From: a virus
Length of the DNA: 64,000 nt
IMG/VR virus record: IMGVR_UViG_3300045988_127716
Location: 30,446 to 94,445 of that record
Reading direction: 5' to 3' (one strand)
The position numbers and the translations under genes were made by a program. Each line of letters starts with the position of its first letter. Within the stretch, counting starts at the first letter, position 1. Of this stretch, positions 34,268-43,557 are shown in pieces. Under the pieces are notes generated by a model. It was not told where the DNA came from and ran no database searches. It saw only the letters and a list, made by a program, of their open reading frames with translations.

Positions 34268-34691
34268 CAATTCTGAGAGGAGAGAATATTTGGAAAATTC
34301 TAAAAGAAATCTTATTGAGAAGTTCAATAAACTACAAAAGGAAATAAAAGGAATTTCTGAAGAACTTAAAGAGGTTAATTCAATGTTAGATGAACTTAAA
34401 TATCCAGAATTTGTATCTAAATATTTAATATTAAGATATAAGAATGGAAATATGGTCTTCGCTAAAATTGGAAGCTCTTTTAAGGTACTAGAATTAGGAT
34501 ACAACGATTATTCTAAAGATTTTTCTATACATGAAAATTTCTTCGAAACTTCCATAATAAAATATGATATTGGAAGTAAGGATATAAACCAATATTGTGT
34601 GGATGAAGAAGAATTTTATGAATCTCTCAGAAGATTTTTATTAGTAAATAATCATCAGGTAACTAAAAAGTTTGAAGGATGGGGAGAATAA
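34227..34691 (+). CDS. hypothetical protein
   Basis: 154-aa ORF, overlapping the previous ORF by 41 nt in a different frame. Confidence 0.4.
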   Translation: MKEESISGISQKTDNSERREYLENSKRNLIEKFNKLQKEIKGISEELKEVNSMLDELKYPEFVSKYLILRYKNGNMVFAKIGSSFKVLELGYNDYSKDFSIHENFFETSIIKYDIGSKDINQYCVDEEEFYESLRRFLLVNNHQVTKKFEGWGE

Positions 34692-35119
34692 ATTTTGATA
34701 AATATTGTTATACAGATGTTTGTGTGGAGAAGTTATTAAAGACTTATAAAGAAAGAGGATATTTAATCATAGCCTTTGACTTTGATGATACTTTAATATC
34801 TTCTGAGCCTGATTATGAATGCCAACTTCCTTTAAGACTATTATCATTGTGCAAAGAATATATTAATTGTAAATTAATCTTATACACTTGTAGATCTAGT
34901 AATAGAGGAGATGGAAGGAATCTTAGAAGAGCAATTGAGACATGTAAGAGTTTAGGAATTGAGCCAGATTATGTTAATGAACATGCTTATGAAGAATATA
35001 AAGGATTAGATGGTAAAGTATTTTATGATATATTCCTTGATGATAAAGCTGGGTTGGGGCAGGCATGTGAAATACTAGGACTGGTTATAAATAAAATATT
35101 GAATAATGAAGATATTTAA
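34679..35119 (+). CDS. HAD-superfamily phosphatase-like protein
   Basis: 146 aa. LIIAFDFDDTL matches HAD motif I (DxDxT). Small cap-less size. Confidence 0.45.
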   Translation: MGRINFDKYCYTDVCVEKLLKTYKERGYLIIAFDFDDTLISSEPDYECQLPLRLLSLCKEYINCKLILYTCRSSNRGDGRNLRRAIETCKSLGIEPDYVNEHAYEEYKGLDGKVFYDIFLDDKAGLGQACEILGLVINKILNNEDI

Positions 35120-35357
35120 AAATGTAATTTGTATTATACTAACATTAATTGTAGTATGTGTAATAGTAGATGTGGTAGGGTATGAGTCTCAAATTAATCC
35201 CAGAGACATGGATATAACTCTTCTAATATCTTCAATGATATATAGCATCTCCATTGGTTTTATAACGGGTCATGTTTTGGGTTTTATAATTGCCATATTA
35301 GGAGGTAAGGATTACATATTTAAGAATAATAAATTTCAAATAATAGATAAAGAATGA
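35106..35357 (+). CDS. small membrane protein
   Basis: 83 aa, two or three TM helices. Confidence 0.35.
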   Translation: MKIFKNVICIILTLIVVCVIVDVVGYESQINPRDMDITLLISSMIYSISIGFITGHVLGFIIAILGGKDYIFKNNKFQIIDKE

Positions 35358-35857
35358 AAGGTGAATTAGTTATTGGAGCAATTGCAGGTGATATTCTGGG
35401 ATCTCCTTATGAAAGAAATGCAGTATATAATCCAGATGTAGATCTTACTGATGAACAAGATTTTACAGATGATTCTATATTAACTATCGCAACTATGGAA
35501 TGTATGCTTGATGATTCTGAGGAATTTGAAAAATATTACATGAAATGGGGAAGAAAATTTATAGGTGAATCTATATGGGGTAAAAATTTCTTTAAATGGT
35601 TACATGATGGAGATTGTAAGGCAATTAATCATTCATGGGGAAATGGATGTTTAATGAGAATTAGTCCTATAGCATACTTTCCTGGAACTGAAGAAGATTG
35701 TAAAAGATTAGCTATTTTATCTTGTCAATATACTCATAATTGTCCAGAGAGTTTCTTAGCCGCAATTGAGTATGTAGGATATTTATATAGATTTGGAACA
35801 TTGTCTAGTTATGGAAGTCTTTGTATTAAATTTGTGGAAAAATGTATGATTTCATAA
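35354..35857 (+). CDS. ADP-ribosylglycohydrolase (ARH/DraG-family)-like protein, short form or N-terminal portion
   Basis: 167 aa. VIGAIAGDILGSPYE matches the N-terminal signature of the ARH family (G.A.GD..G.P.E); FTDDSILT matches the second metal-site motif. Typical ARHs are about 300 aa, so this may be truncated. Confidence 0.5.
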   Translation: MKGELVIGAIAGDILGSPYERNAVYNPDVDLTDEQDFTDDSILTIATMECMLDDSEEFEKYYMKWGRKFIGESIWGKNFFKWLHDGDCKAINHSWGNGCLMRISPIAYFPGTEEDCKRLAILSCQYTHNCPESFLAAIEYVGYLYRFGTLSSYGSLCIKFVEKCMIS

Positions 35858-36276
35858 TTTATACAGATGGATCTTATAAATCATCTAGAAAGCAGGGAGG
35901 ATATAGTGTAGTAATATGTAACAACAATGAGGAGGTAATAAAAACTATCTTCAAAGGAGTTAAAAATACTACCAACAACAGAATGGAATTATCTGGATTT
36001 ATTTCAGCATTGGAAAACATTCCAAAGGGATCTAAAGTGAAAATAATATCTGATTCAGAATATGTCTTAAATCCTCTGACTAAAGGATGGTTGGATAAAT
36101 GGATAAAAGAAGATTTCAAGGACAAGAAAAATCCGGATTTGTGGAAGAAAGTTGCGGAATTATTACCTGATTATAATATAGAATTGGAATGGGTTAAAGG
36201 TCATGAAGATTCTAAATTAAATAATCTAGCTGATATGTTAGCACAACACGCTGGAGAAGTGGATTTAGATAATTAA
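35842..36276 (+). CDS. rnhA: ribonuclease HI
   Basis: 144 aa. IYTDGS, TNNRMELSGFISALE, SDSEYV, WVKGHEDSKLNNLADMLA align with the RNase H1 catalytic motifs of E. coli RnhA (DEDD residues). Confidence 0.85.
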   Translation: MYDFIIYTDGSYKSSRKQGGYSVVICNNNEEVIKTIFKGVKNTTNNRMELSGFISALENIPKGSKVKIISDSEYVLNPLTKGWLDKWIKEDFKDKKNPDLWKKVAELLPDYNIELEWVKGHEDSKLNNLADMLAQHAGEVDLDN

Positions 36277-36286
36277 AATTAAAAAC

Positions 36287-36724
36287 ATGTGTTTAATAGT
36301 ACAATCAAGAGAACCTAAGATAGCAGAGGAAGATATAGTCTGTTATAAATTAGTTAAATATTGGGAAGATGCAGATATTTATGTATCTTCCATGCAGCAC
36401 TTTCCTATAGCCTCTTCTAGAAAAATTATAGGATTTGCACAAAAGGAGGATTCTGAATATGAAATTTATTCTGATATAAGACGAGAATTAGGATATAATA
36501 TTCATGGAGGATTTTTACATACTTTTGCAAACTTAAAAGATGCTAAACACATTTTATCTGAAGTAAGTAATAAATCTGAATACAGAATGTTTAAATGCAT
36601 TATTCCTATTAGTACTACATATTATGAAGGTACAACAAGATTCATAGTTAATGGAAAGTTTATTTCTAATAAAAGTTTTGCATCAAGAGGATTAATTTAT
36701 AAAGAAGAAATACCATGTGTTTAA
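36287..36724 (+). CDS. hypothetical protein, paralogue A (MCLIVQ… family)
   Basis: 145 aa. Its N-terminal region (MCLIVQSREPKIAEEDIVCYKLVKYW…GGFLHTF) is paralogous to the N-terminus of the next ORF (MCLTVLNKNHHIAESDITCYKLFKIK…GGVIHSF). Confidence 0.4.
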   Translation: MCLIVQSREPKIAEEDIVCYKLVKYWEDADIYVSSMQHFPIASSRKIIGFAQKEDSEYEIYSDIRRELGYNIHGGFLHTFANLKDAKHILSEVSNKSEYRMFKCIIPISTTYYEGTTRFIVNGKFISNKSFASRGLIYKEEIPCV

Positions 36725-37518
36725 CAGTATTAAATAAAAATCATCATATAGCCGAGAGTGACATTACTTGCTATAAGTTATTTAAAATAAAAAGTGGAAA
36801 ACTTGTTACTAAATATCAAGAATTTGAGGTGGATCCAACAAAAGAGCTAGTGGCCAAAGGGAGACTTGATATTGTAAAATGTAATGAGGAGTGGGAGATT
36901 AATGGAGGAGTAATTCATTCATTTTCAACTATTCTTGGAGCACTTTTATATAGTGAAAGGAATACAGTTTTATATGAATGTGTTATCCCGAAAGGAGCTA
37001 AATATTATATTGGAAAGTTCTCAGCATCTGGTTCTTATGGATCTGAAAAACTTACTTTAGTAAGAAAAATAGAAGTAACAGAGTATAGAAGCCTGTTGAA
37101 TGAATATCTTTCAGACATTCCTGACAAGTTTGAGAATGTTTATGATATTAAGTCCTATTCTGCAGCTCTTAAGTATTTAAATGAAGAAGCTGCTCCAGAA
37201 ACTGGAGATGAGTGTGTTGATGCTTTCATTAAATTAAGAACAATTGCTAGAGCATGGAATAAATTTATGGGATTTGAGATTAATTTTAAGGATTTTAATC
37301 AATATAGATATGCTCCATATTTTTATTTGGCAGATATACTAAGCAATGACGGTGCCTACTCCGGTTTCGGCTACTGTTGTTCGCACTCCGGCGTGTCTTC
37401 TGCCGTTGCCTATGTCAGCGGCCGGCTTTTATTTGAAAATGATGGAACTGCCAGATTATTTGGGTTTATGTTCTTTGATTTGTACAAAAAGTATTTAATG
37501 CTTGATGGCGACTTCTAA
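36715..37518 (+). CDS. hypothetical protein, paralogue B with C-terminal extension containing a GC-rich patch
   Basis: 267-aa ORF. Nucleotides about 37349-37427 are strikingly GC-rich (…ggtgcctactccggtttcggctactgttgttcgcactccggcgtgtcttctgccgttgcctatgtcagcggccggc…). Confidence 0.4.
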   Translation: MCLTVLNKNHHIAESDITCYKLFKIKSGKLVTKYQEFEVDPTKELVAKGRLDIVKCNEEWEINGGVIHSFSTILGALLYSERNTVLYECVIPKGAKYYIGKFSASGSYGSEKLTLVRKIEVTEYRSLLNEYLSDIPDKFENVYDIKSYSAALKYLNEEAAPETGDECVDAFIKLRTIARAWNKFMGFEINFKDFNQYRYAPYFYLADILSNDGAYSGFGYCCSHSGVSSAVAYVSGRLLFENDGTARLFGFMFFDLYKKYLMLDGDF

Positions 37519-37831
37519 AAAATCAAATAACACAGAAGAAGAAGAAAAGGTCTCCTCTAAAACTATCATTCTAGAAGAAAACTTTAGAATTGATCAGGGA
37601 GGAGCACCTGGTAGATATAGTTTATATGTTAAAAAGATAATTAGTAAAGGTAAATCCTCTGAAAGAGAAGATTGGGATATAGTAGGATATGATTTTCATA
37701 TGGATGTTCTTTTGAAAAAACTTACTCACATCTTAACTGATAAGAAATTTCCAGAGGCAGTTACTATAAAAGAGTATTTTAAAGAATATTTTAAGGTATC
37801 CAAATATCTTACTGATTTGATAAAAATATGA
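37502..37831 (+). CDS. hypothetical protein
   Basis: 109-aa ORF. Confidence 0.4.
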   Translation: MMATSKKSNNTEEEEKVSSKTIILEENFRIDQGGAPGRYSLYVKKIISKGKSSEREDWDIVGYDFHMDVLLKKLTHILTDKKFPEAVTIKEYFKEYFKVSKYLTDLIKI

Positions 37832-38160
37832 AAAGTTATAATTTATTAGAAGAAATTTATAGCGTCCTAGATGCTTATGAATTATCTACAAAAGACATTT
37901 TATGGTGCGGAAGTGAGGATTTCAGAACTGTATGGAAGCAATTTGAAGAAGTTGCTAAGTATACTGATTATGAAAAGAAATCTGAATTACCTCAGGACTT
38001 AGTCATTGTGGCTAATGGATGGTATTTATCACTTATTCCTGACGAAATGGATCCAGATTTATTTGAAGTCATTGAAACACCTAGGATGCCAAGTTTAATA
38101 AAGGATATTAAACATTTAACTAGTAAAGAATCATATCTCAATTTAATTGATATTAATTAA
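37828..38160 (+). CDS. hypothetical protein
   Basis: 110-aa ORF. Confidence 0.4.
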   Translation: MKSYNLLEEIYSVLDAYELSTKDILWCGSEDFRTVWKQFEEVAKYTDYEKKSELPQDLVIVANGWYLSLIPDEMDPDLFEVIETPRMPSLIKDIKHLTSKESYLNLIDIN

Positions 38161-38435
38161 TGTTAGCTGAAGTAAAAGTTTTAGCAAATTTTAAAGAGCT
38201 TGAGGAAAACCAAAGGCAAAGAGATAAAGAAGAGGATACTATGGGTATGGCTAGTACTCCTAAATTAAAAGAAGAGTACAAGTATGTTCCTTTTGTATTT
38301 AAATTAGATGAAGTTAAGAGAGCTTATTACTCCTCAGATTTAAAAGATATTATATTAGGATTTGCTGACTCTGATTTTACAGTAAAAGCTAGTGAAGAAT
38401 TATGGAACTTAATTTTAACAAAAATAAATAATTAA
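38160..38435 (+). CDS. hypothetical protein
   Basis: 91-aa ORF. Confidence 0.35.
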   Translation: MLAEVKVLANFKELEENQRQRDKEEDTMGMASTPKLKEEYKYVPFVFKLDEVKRAYYSSDLKDIILGFADSDFTVKASEELWNLILTKINN

Positions 38436-38437
38436 CT

Positions 38438-39019
38438 ATGAAAAATAAGGAATCAAAAATTAGAGATCAGTATGTAATTGGTGAGTTTACTGATTTTACA
38501 GGAGAGAAAAGAGAGTTTGTTATCTGTGGTATTAGTAAAGAGATTTACTATGAAACTAGAAGAGTGGTTGTAGATGCTCTAGGTTTTCATGAACCAGTTA
38601 AAGAAAAGGATGAGTTTGCTTTTAAGAGCGTAAATTTTGGAATTGCAGTGAGAAATCATGGAGATGTATTTTCTGAAGAAGTAGGAAAGTCTATAGCTAA
38701 ATCTTACGCAATGAATAAACCATTTGAAACAGTATGTGCATATAATAAGTTTACCCTTAATTATGACACTATCAGTGCAATGTTAGATTCATTTGCAAAA
38801 TTCTTCATTGAGAATCCTGCAATGTTTATTCCATCTTATGCTAAACGTAAAGCAGAATATGATAAAAATCCCAACTTGTGGTTAGCTAAGAGAGATTTCC
38901 AAGCACAAAAGGAAGAGAATATTAAGAAGGCTGAACTTGCTCTGAAAGAGGCTAAAGCATCTAAGTTTGGAGGCTTTATCAACGATCCAGAAGAAGCTCC
39001 TAAACTCTTAACTAGGTAA
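38438..39019 (+). CDS. hypothetical protein
   Basis: 193-aa ORF. Confidence 0.4.
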   Translation: MKNKESKIRDQYVIGEFTDFTGEKREFVICGISKEIYYETRRVVVDALGFHEPVKEKDEFAFKSVNFGIAVRNHGDVFSEEVGKSIAKSYAMNKPFETVCAYNKFTLNYDTISAMLDSFAKFFIENPAMFIPSYAKRKAEYDKNPNLWLAKRDFQAQKEENIKKAELALKEAKASKFGGFINDPEEAPKLLTR

Positions 39020-39023
39020 TATA

Positions 39024-39302
39024 ATGTTATATAAAAAAGATCGTAGCGTTATAAAATGTAATTCTAAAGATCTTTTTATATATGAAGCTACTTGTTATAG
39101 AACTATAGATAGATTTACAATCTGTTTAGAAGATACTATCTTTCTTCAAAGTAAAGAGTTTATTAAAGAACAGAATGTTATTCAAGGAGATCTTGTAAAA
39201 TCCCTAACTCTAATTTCAGCTCCCATGAGCTGGATTAGAGGAATGGGTTATGAGGAAGTAGATGATAATTATGGAATTAAAAAGAAATTTATTAAAAAAT
39301 AA
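39024..39302 (+). CDS. hypothetical protein
   Basis: 92-aa ORF. Confidence 0.35.
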   Translation: MLYKKDRSVIKCNSKDLFIYEATCYRTIDRFTICLEDTIFLQSKEFIKEQNVIQGDLVKSLTLISAPMSWIRGMGYEEVDDNYGIKKKFIKK

Positions 39303-39307
39303 TTATT

Positions 39308-39730
39308 ATGAACAACGAAGTATTACAAATGTATCAGAAAATATATTATCTATTCCCTGAAGAAAGAGTTAATCTCTCCAAAATGATTGATCTTAGATTA
39401 TTAAGAATATTATCTTGGGAAGAGTATATTAAGATATTTCCAGATCCAACTATGGGATTACCAAATAGTGTTCTTGAAGATTCTTTTCTTTTAGCTACTT
39501 TTAAGCACAGACAGATGATGAATAAATATTATGAAGCTTTAAATTATACTCCAGATTGGCTTCTTAAAGATGATATTAAATCCTGTCTATATATGAGAGA
39601 TACTCATTTTGAATATGGAGATTTTTATACTATGTATATGTTCTTACTAGCATTTAAAGATAAGAATGATGCTCAATTATATGGAGAAAAGAATAGACAA
39701 CTAGTTAAACAACTTTATTTTATAGATTAA
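39308..39730 (+). CDS. hypothetical protein
   Basis: 140-aa ORF. Confidence 0.4.
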   Translation: MNNEVLQMYQKIYYLFPEERVNLSKMIDLRLLRILSWEEYIKIFPDPTMGLPNSVLEDSFLLATFKHRQMMNKYYEALNYTPDWLLKDDIKSCLYMRDTHFEYGDFYTMYMFLLAFKDKNDAQLYGEKNRQLVKQLYFID

Positions 39731-40320
39731 TGAAAATATTAATTATAGTAGACCCGCAGTATGATTTTCTTGATGAAAATGGGTCTTTATATGTAAAGAA
39801 TGATCATTTAACAGAGTCCATTAGTGATTATGCAATATATCATAAAGACTTTGATAGAGTATTTATTACTATGGATAATCACCCAATTAATCATTGTAGC
39901 TTTATCCAATTTGGAGGACAATTTCCTACTCATTGTGTAGAAGGAAGTTTAGGAGCTTCTTATGATAATAATATATTAAGTATTATAGATCATTATAGAG
40001 ATAAATACACAATAATTTCCAAAGGAGGATGGGCTCATCAAGAGGAATTTGGGGCTTTTGGAAGTACGCATACAATCAGTCTTTTTAAACTTCTTCTATT
40101 ATCTAATAAAGAGGAACACTCAATAGAGGTTTGTGGAGTTGCAGGAGATTATTGTGTAAAGGAAACTATATCTAATTTATTAAATAATTTCAAAGGAATT
40201 ATTAGTAATGAGGATATTTATGTTCTTGAAGATTTGGTAGTATCTATTGATGATGGAACTGCTCTTAAGGAATTTATTAGAGAAAAAGGAATACAAGTAA
40301 TAAATGAATTGCGTAGCTGA
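39730..40320 (+). CDS. pncA: nicotinamidase (PncA; isochorismatase-fold)
   Basis: 196 aa. MKILIIVDPQYDFLDENGSLYV (the D.Q.DF…G.L.V nicotinamidase N-terminus), MDNHPINHCSF and FPTHCVEGSLGA match the PncA metal/active-site signatures (DWHP..H.SF, WP.HCV). Confidence 0.7.
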   Translation: MKILIIVDPQYDFLDENGSLYVKNDHLTESISDYAIYHKDFDRVFITMDNHPINHCSFIQFGGQFPTHCVEGSLGASYDNNILSIIDHYRDKYTIISKGGWAHQEEFGAFGSTHTISLFKLLLLSNKEEHSIEVCGVAGDYCVKETISNLLNNFKGIISNEDIYVLEDLVVSIDDGTALKEFIREKGIQVINELRS

Positions 40321-40639
40321 ATGTGAATATTGCAGAAGTGTTAATGTATGTATAGATAGTCCTAACTGTAATACAACTGGACACTTTTGTACTAAATTAA
40401 ATAGATTAGTTTCTATTAATAAACCTGTTGACGAAGATTGTCCATTTTATTTTAATAAATATAGTTATAGGGAGTTAATCAATTTAAGAGATTCTTTAAT
40501 TTCAGAACTGTACAAAATTAGAGTTAAATGGCGCAAAGGAATTACTGTCACTTTAGAAGATTCACTATTTGCTCAGGATATCGAAGATACAATATACAAT
40601 GTATTTAATAAATTATTAGATAAACAAAATGGAGATTAA
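40304..40639 (+). CDS. Cys-rich small protein (possible zinc-binding)
   Basis: 111 aa with CEYC…C…C…C…C pattern in the first 50 residues. Confidence 0.35.
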   Translation: MNCVAECEYCRSVNVCIDSPNCNTTGHFCTKLNRLVSINKPVDEDCPFYFNKYSYRELINLRDSLISELYKIRVKWRKGITVTLEDSLFAQDIEDTIYNVFNKLLDKQNGD

Positions 40640-41798
40640 ATCAATTTTAGATACAGATCTATATAAATTCTCTGTATCATATGCTTATATGAGATTATTC
40701 CCAGACGCAATTGGAACATTTGAATTTGTAGATAGGAATAAATCTCATTATACAGAAGATGATCTGGATTATATAAATTATGAACTTGCAAATCTTTCTG
40801 CACTTAAATTAAGTGATAATGAAAAAAGATTTATGCAAGATAGATGTTACTTTATTCCAGACTACTATTTTGAATGGTTACAATCATTTAAATTTGATTG
40901 TAGAAATTTATCTATTTCCTTAGATGAAGAAAATCATCTTCATATAAAAGTTACAGATTATTTATATAAAGTAACTCTTTGGGAAATTCCAATTCTTGCA
41001 ATAGTTAGTAGAACCCAGCATAGAGAAGACAAATGGAATATAGATGATTTATATACTAGAACTAGTAATAAAGTACACAACCTTCCATATGAATTCAAAG
41101 TCGCCGATTTCGGAACCAGAAGAAGATTTAATTTTGAAGTTCAGTCAGAAGTGATTGATAAACTATTACATGACTGTCCTCAGAATTTTGTTGGAACATC
41201 CAATTGTTATATAGCTTATCTAAGAGATATTAAAATGATTGGAACTTTTCCTCATGAGTGGGTGATGTTTCATGGTGCTATGTATGGATATGATCAAGCT
41301 AACTATTTAGCTTTAGAGAATTGGGTTAATGTATATGATGGAGAATTAGGAATTGCTTTATCTGATACTTACACATCTGATGTGTTCTTTAGAAATTTCT
41401 CTAAGAAACATGCAAGATTATTTGATGGAGTAAGACAAGATTCTGGAGATCCATTTCAGTTTATTAATAAATGTATTGATAGGTATAGAGAATTAAATGT
41501 AGATCCTCTTACTAAGACTATTGTATTCTCTGATTCATTAGATTTCAAGAAAGCAGTTGATATATTTAATTGCTGTAAGGGAAGGATTAAATGTTCATTT
41601 GGAATTGGAACTAATTTAACTTGCGATTTAGAGGGAGTTAAACCTTCTAATATTGTGATGAAGTTAGTTTCTTGTCAGATGAATAGTAAACAACCTGTGA
41701 AGAAATGTATTAAACTATCTGATGTAGAAGGAAAACATATAGGTGATCCAGAAGAAGTAGCGTTAGCACAAATGATAATAAGTCAACATTATGAGTGA
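40629..41798 (+). CDS. pncB: nicotinate phosphoribosyltransferase (PncB-type, NAPRTase family)
   Basis: 389 aa. N-terminal ILDTDLYKFSVSYAYMRLFP resembles the PncB N-terminus (LLDTDAYKL…). Size fits PncB (about 400 aa) rather than NAMPT (about 480 aa). Adjacent to PncA. Confidence 0.65.
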   Translation: MEIKSILDTDLYKFSVSYAYMRLFPDAIGTFEFVDRNKSHYTEDDLDYINYELANLSALKLSDNEKRFMQDRCYFIPDYYFEWLQSFKFDCRNLSISLDEENHLHIKVTDYLYKVTLWEIPILAIVSRTQHREDKWNIDDLYTRTSNKVHNLPYEFKVADFGTRRRFNFEVQSEVIDKLLHDCPQNFVGTSNCYIAYLRDIKMIGTFPHEWVMFHGAMYGYDQANYLALENWVNVYDGELGIALSDTYTSDVFFRNFSKKHARLFDGVRQDSGDPFQFINKCIDRYRELNVDPLTKTIVFSDSLDFKKAVDIFNCCKGRIKCSFGIGTNLTCDLEGVKPSNIVMKLVSCQMNSKQPVKKCIKLSDVEGKHIGDPEEVALAQMIISQHYE

Positions 41799-42751
41799 AA
41801 TTAGAGAAATTAAAGAATGTTATGAATAGAGATTTAAATTATTCAAAAGTATTTGATACTTTAGTAAATGAAACTAAGAAATATCTTGAAGACCATAATT
41901 TACAAGCTATGGTTCTGGGCATTAGTGGTGGTATTGATTCTACTGTTACTGCTGCGATTTGTTCTGAAGTTAGTAAATGCACTGATATTCCATTGATTGG
42001 AAGAAGTCTTCCAATTAAAAACAAGGATGATGAATTTAATGTATCTAAGTTAGTTGGAGAAGCATTTTGTACTAATTTCCAAGTATGTAATCTTGACGAG
42101 AGTTTATTATACACTAAAGTATTACAAACTATAGAACACTTTGAAGGGGAGGGATCTATATCTAAAATAGCCAATGGAAATATTCAAGCTAGACTTAGGA
42201 TGATTTATCTTTATAATTTAGCATCAACTCATAATGGAATAGTAATATCTACTGATAATCAAACAGAATATCAGTTAGGATTCTGGACTTTACATGGTGA
42301 TGTTGGAGATTTTAACCCTCTATTTGGGTTATGGAAGACTGAGATATATGAGTTAGCTAAACAATTAGAGACTTGGTATGGTACAGAAGCAGAAGGAGCA
42401 GAAGAAGAATATTTTGTAGGGTGCTGTGAAAGAGAAAATGCCATTCATCAATCTATTAAACTCACTCCAACTGATGGACTTGGAATTAGTAATTCCGATT
42501 TAGATCAGATAGGAGCTAAATCTTATTCAGAAGTTGATGATATTTTACAGGAATTTGAGGCTTTTCAATACTTATATCCAAAACAACTTGCAGGAATGAC
42601 TTTAAAGGAAAAGGCTAAAGAGTTTTTGGATAATCAAGAAATGCTTTATATAGAGCCAGAAGTTATCGTTAAGGTAATTGATAGACACGTTAAATCAGAA
42701 TTCAAAAGAAAGAATCTTCCAATTTGTATAACTAGAGATAAGTATGAATAA
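41795..42751 (+). CDS. nadE: NH3-dependent NAD+ synthetase (NadE, PP-loop ATP pyrophosphatase)
   Basis: 318 aa. LGISGGIDSTVTAA is the SGGxDS PP-loop. NadE-like length and layout. Confidence 0.75.
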   Translation: MKLEKLKNVMNRDLNYSKVFDTLVNETKKYLEDHNLQAMVLGISGGIDSTVTAAICSEVSKCTDIPLIGRSLPIKNKDDEFNVSKLVGEAFCTNFQVCNLDESLLYTKVLQTIEHFEGEGSISKIANGNIQARLRMIYLYNLASTHNGIVISTDNQTEYQLGFWTLHGDVGDFNPLFGLWKTEIYELAKQLETWYGTEAEGAEEEYFVGCCERENAIHQSIKLTPTDGLGISNSDLDQIGAKSYSEVDDILQEFEAFQYLYPKQLAGMTLKEKAKEFLDNQEMLYIEPEVIVKVIDRHVKSEFKRKNLPICITRDKYE

Positions 42752-43256
42752 AAAACTTAGATTGTTAATAACAACAAAGTGTCCTAATAATTGTCCTTTA
42801 TGCTGTAATAAAAATTTTGATTTAGATTCTCTTGAAGGATTAGAAGATTTAACTCAATATGATGAAGTGAGTATTACTGGAGGAGAACCTATGTTAATTA
42901 ATGTAGACATCCTCACTAGATTCATAAATCTTTTGAGTAGTATGAAGAAGAAAGTATATTTATACACATCTATCGCAACTATAGATACTATTGATATGGG
43001 GTGCTTTTCTGCACTTAATGGAATTACTCTTACATTACATTCTCAGAAAGATTTGGATAATTTTATTATCTCTAATAAGAGATGTTTAGAAAGAAAGAAT
43101 CCATTAAGAAAAGTTTCATTAATTCTTAAATACTTTAAGGGTATGGAACTTCCTAAAGATATTGATTTATCTATGTGGAAAGTTAAAGAAACAGAGTGGG
43201 TAGAAAACTGCCCACTTCCGGAAGGAGAAGATTTTAAGAAATTTATTTTGTTTTAA
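42744..43256 (+). CDS. small radical-SAM-like protein (organic-radical-activating-enzyme-like: NrdG/QueE-type size)
   Basis: 170 aa. CPNNCPLCC gives Cx3Cx2C; ITGGEPML is the glycine-rich SAM-binding motif. No NrdD or other obvious partner nearby. Confidence 0.45.
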   Translation: MNKKLRLLITTKCPNNCPLCCNKNFDLDSLEGLEDLTQYDEVSITGGEPMLINVDILTRFINLLSSMKKKVYLYTSIATIDTIDMGCFSALNGITLTLHSQKDLDNFIISNKRCLERKNPLRKVSLILKYFKGMELPKDIDLSMWKVKETEWVENCPLPEGEDFKKFILF

Positions 43257-43258
43257 CT

Positions 43259-43555
43259 ATGCACAAAATAGGAGATACAATTTCTTTGTTTGGGAAGGTT
43301 TATATCGTTAAGTCTAAGAGTTCAATTGATGGTTGTTTGGGGTGTGAGGGACTTTTCAATGTTAGTTTTTGTGAGAATATTAGGAAAGTCTTTAATAATG
43401 AGTGTTTCGATTTAAATTGTGTTTATACTCCTTATGAGGCTCCTCCCTCTAAAGAGTCTAGAATAAGTAATTTAAAGATAATTATTAAATATGAAGAAGA
43501 AAAACTACTTGGACTTAAAAAAGAATTAGAACAATTAGAAATGGGAAGTGATTAA
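43259..43555 (+). CDS. hypothetical Cys-containing protein
   Basis: 98-aa ORF; DGCLGCEG…C…C. Confidence 0.35.
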   Translation: MHKIGDTISLFGKVYIVKSKSSIDGCLGCEGLFNVSFCENIRKVFNNECFDLNCVYTPYEAPPSKESRISNLKIIIKYEEEKLLGLKKELEQLEMGSD

Positions 43556-43557
43556 AT

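Noticed and set aside
35354-36276. ARH-like and RNase HI ORFs as a single frameshifted fusion gene
   Set aside because: RNase HI begins with its own ATG and a full-length conserved domain. The 16-nt overlap in different frames is typical phage gene packing, so there is no need to invoke a frameshift.
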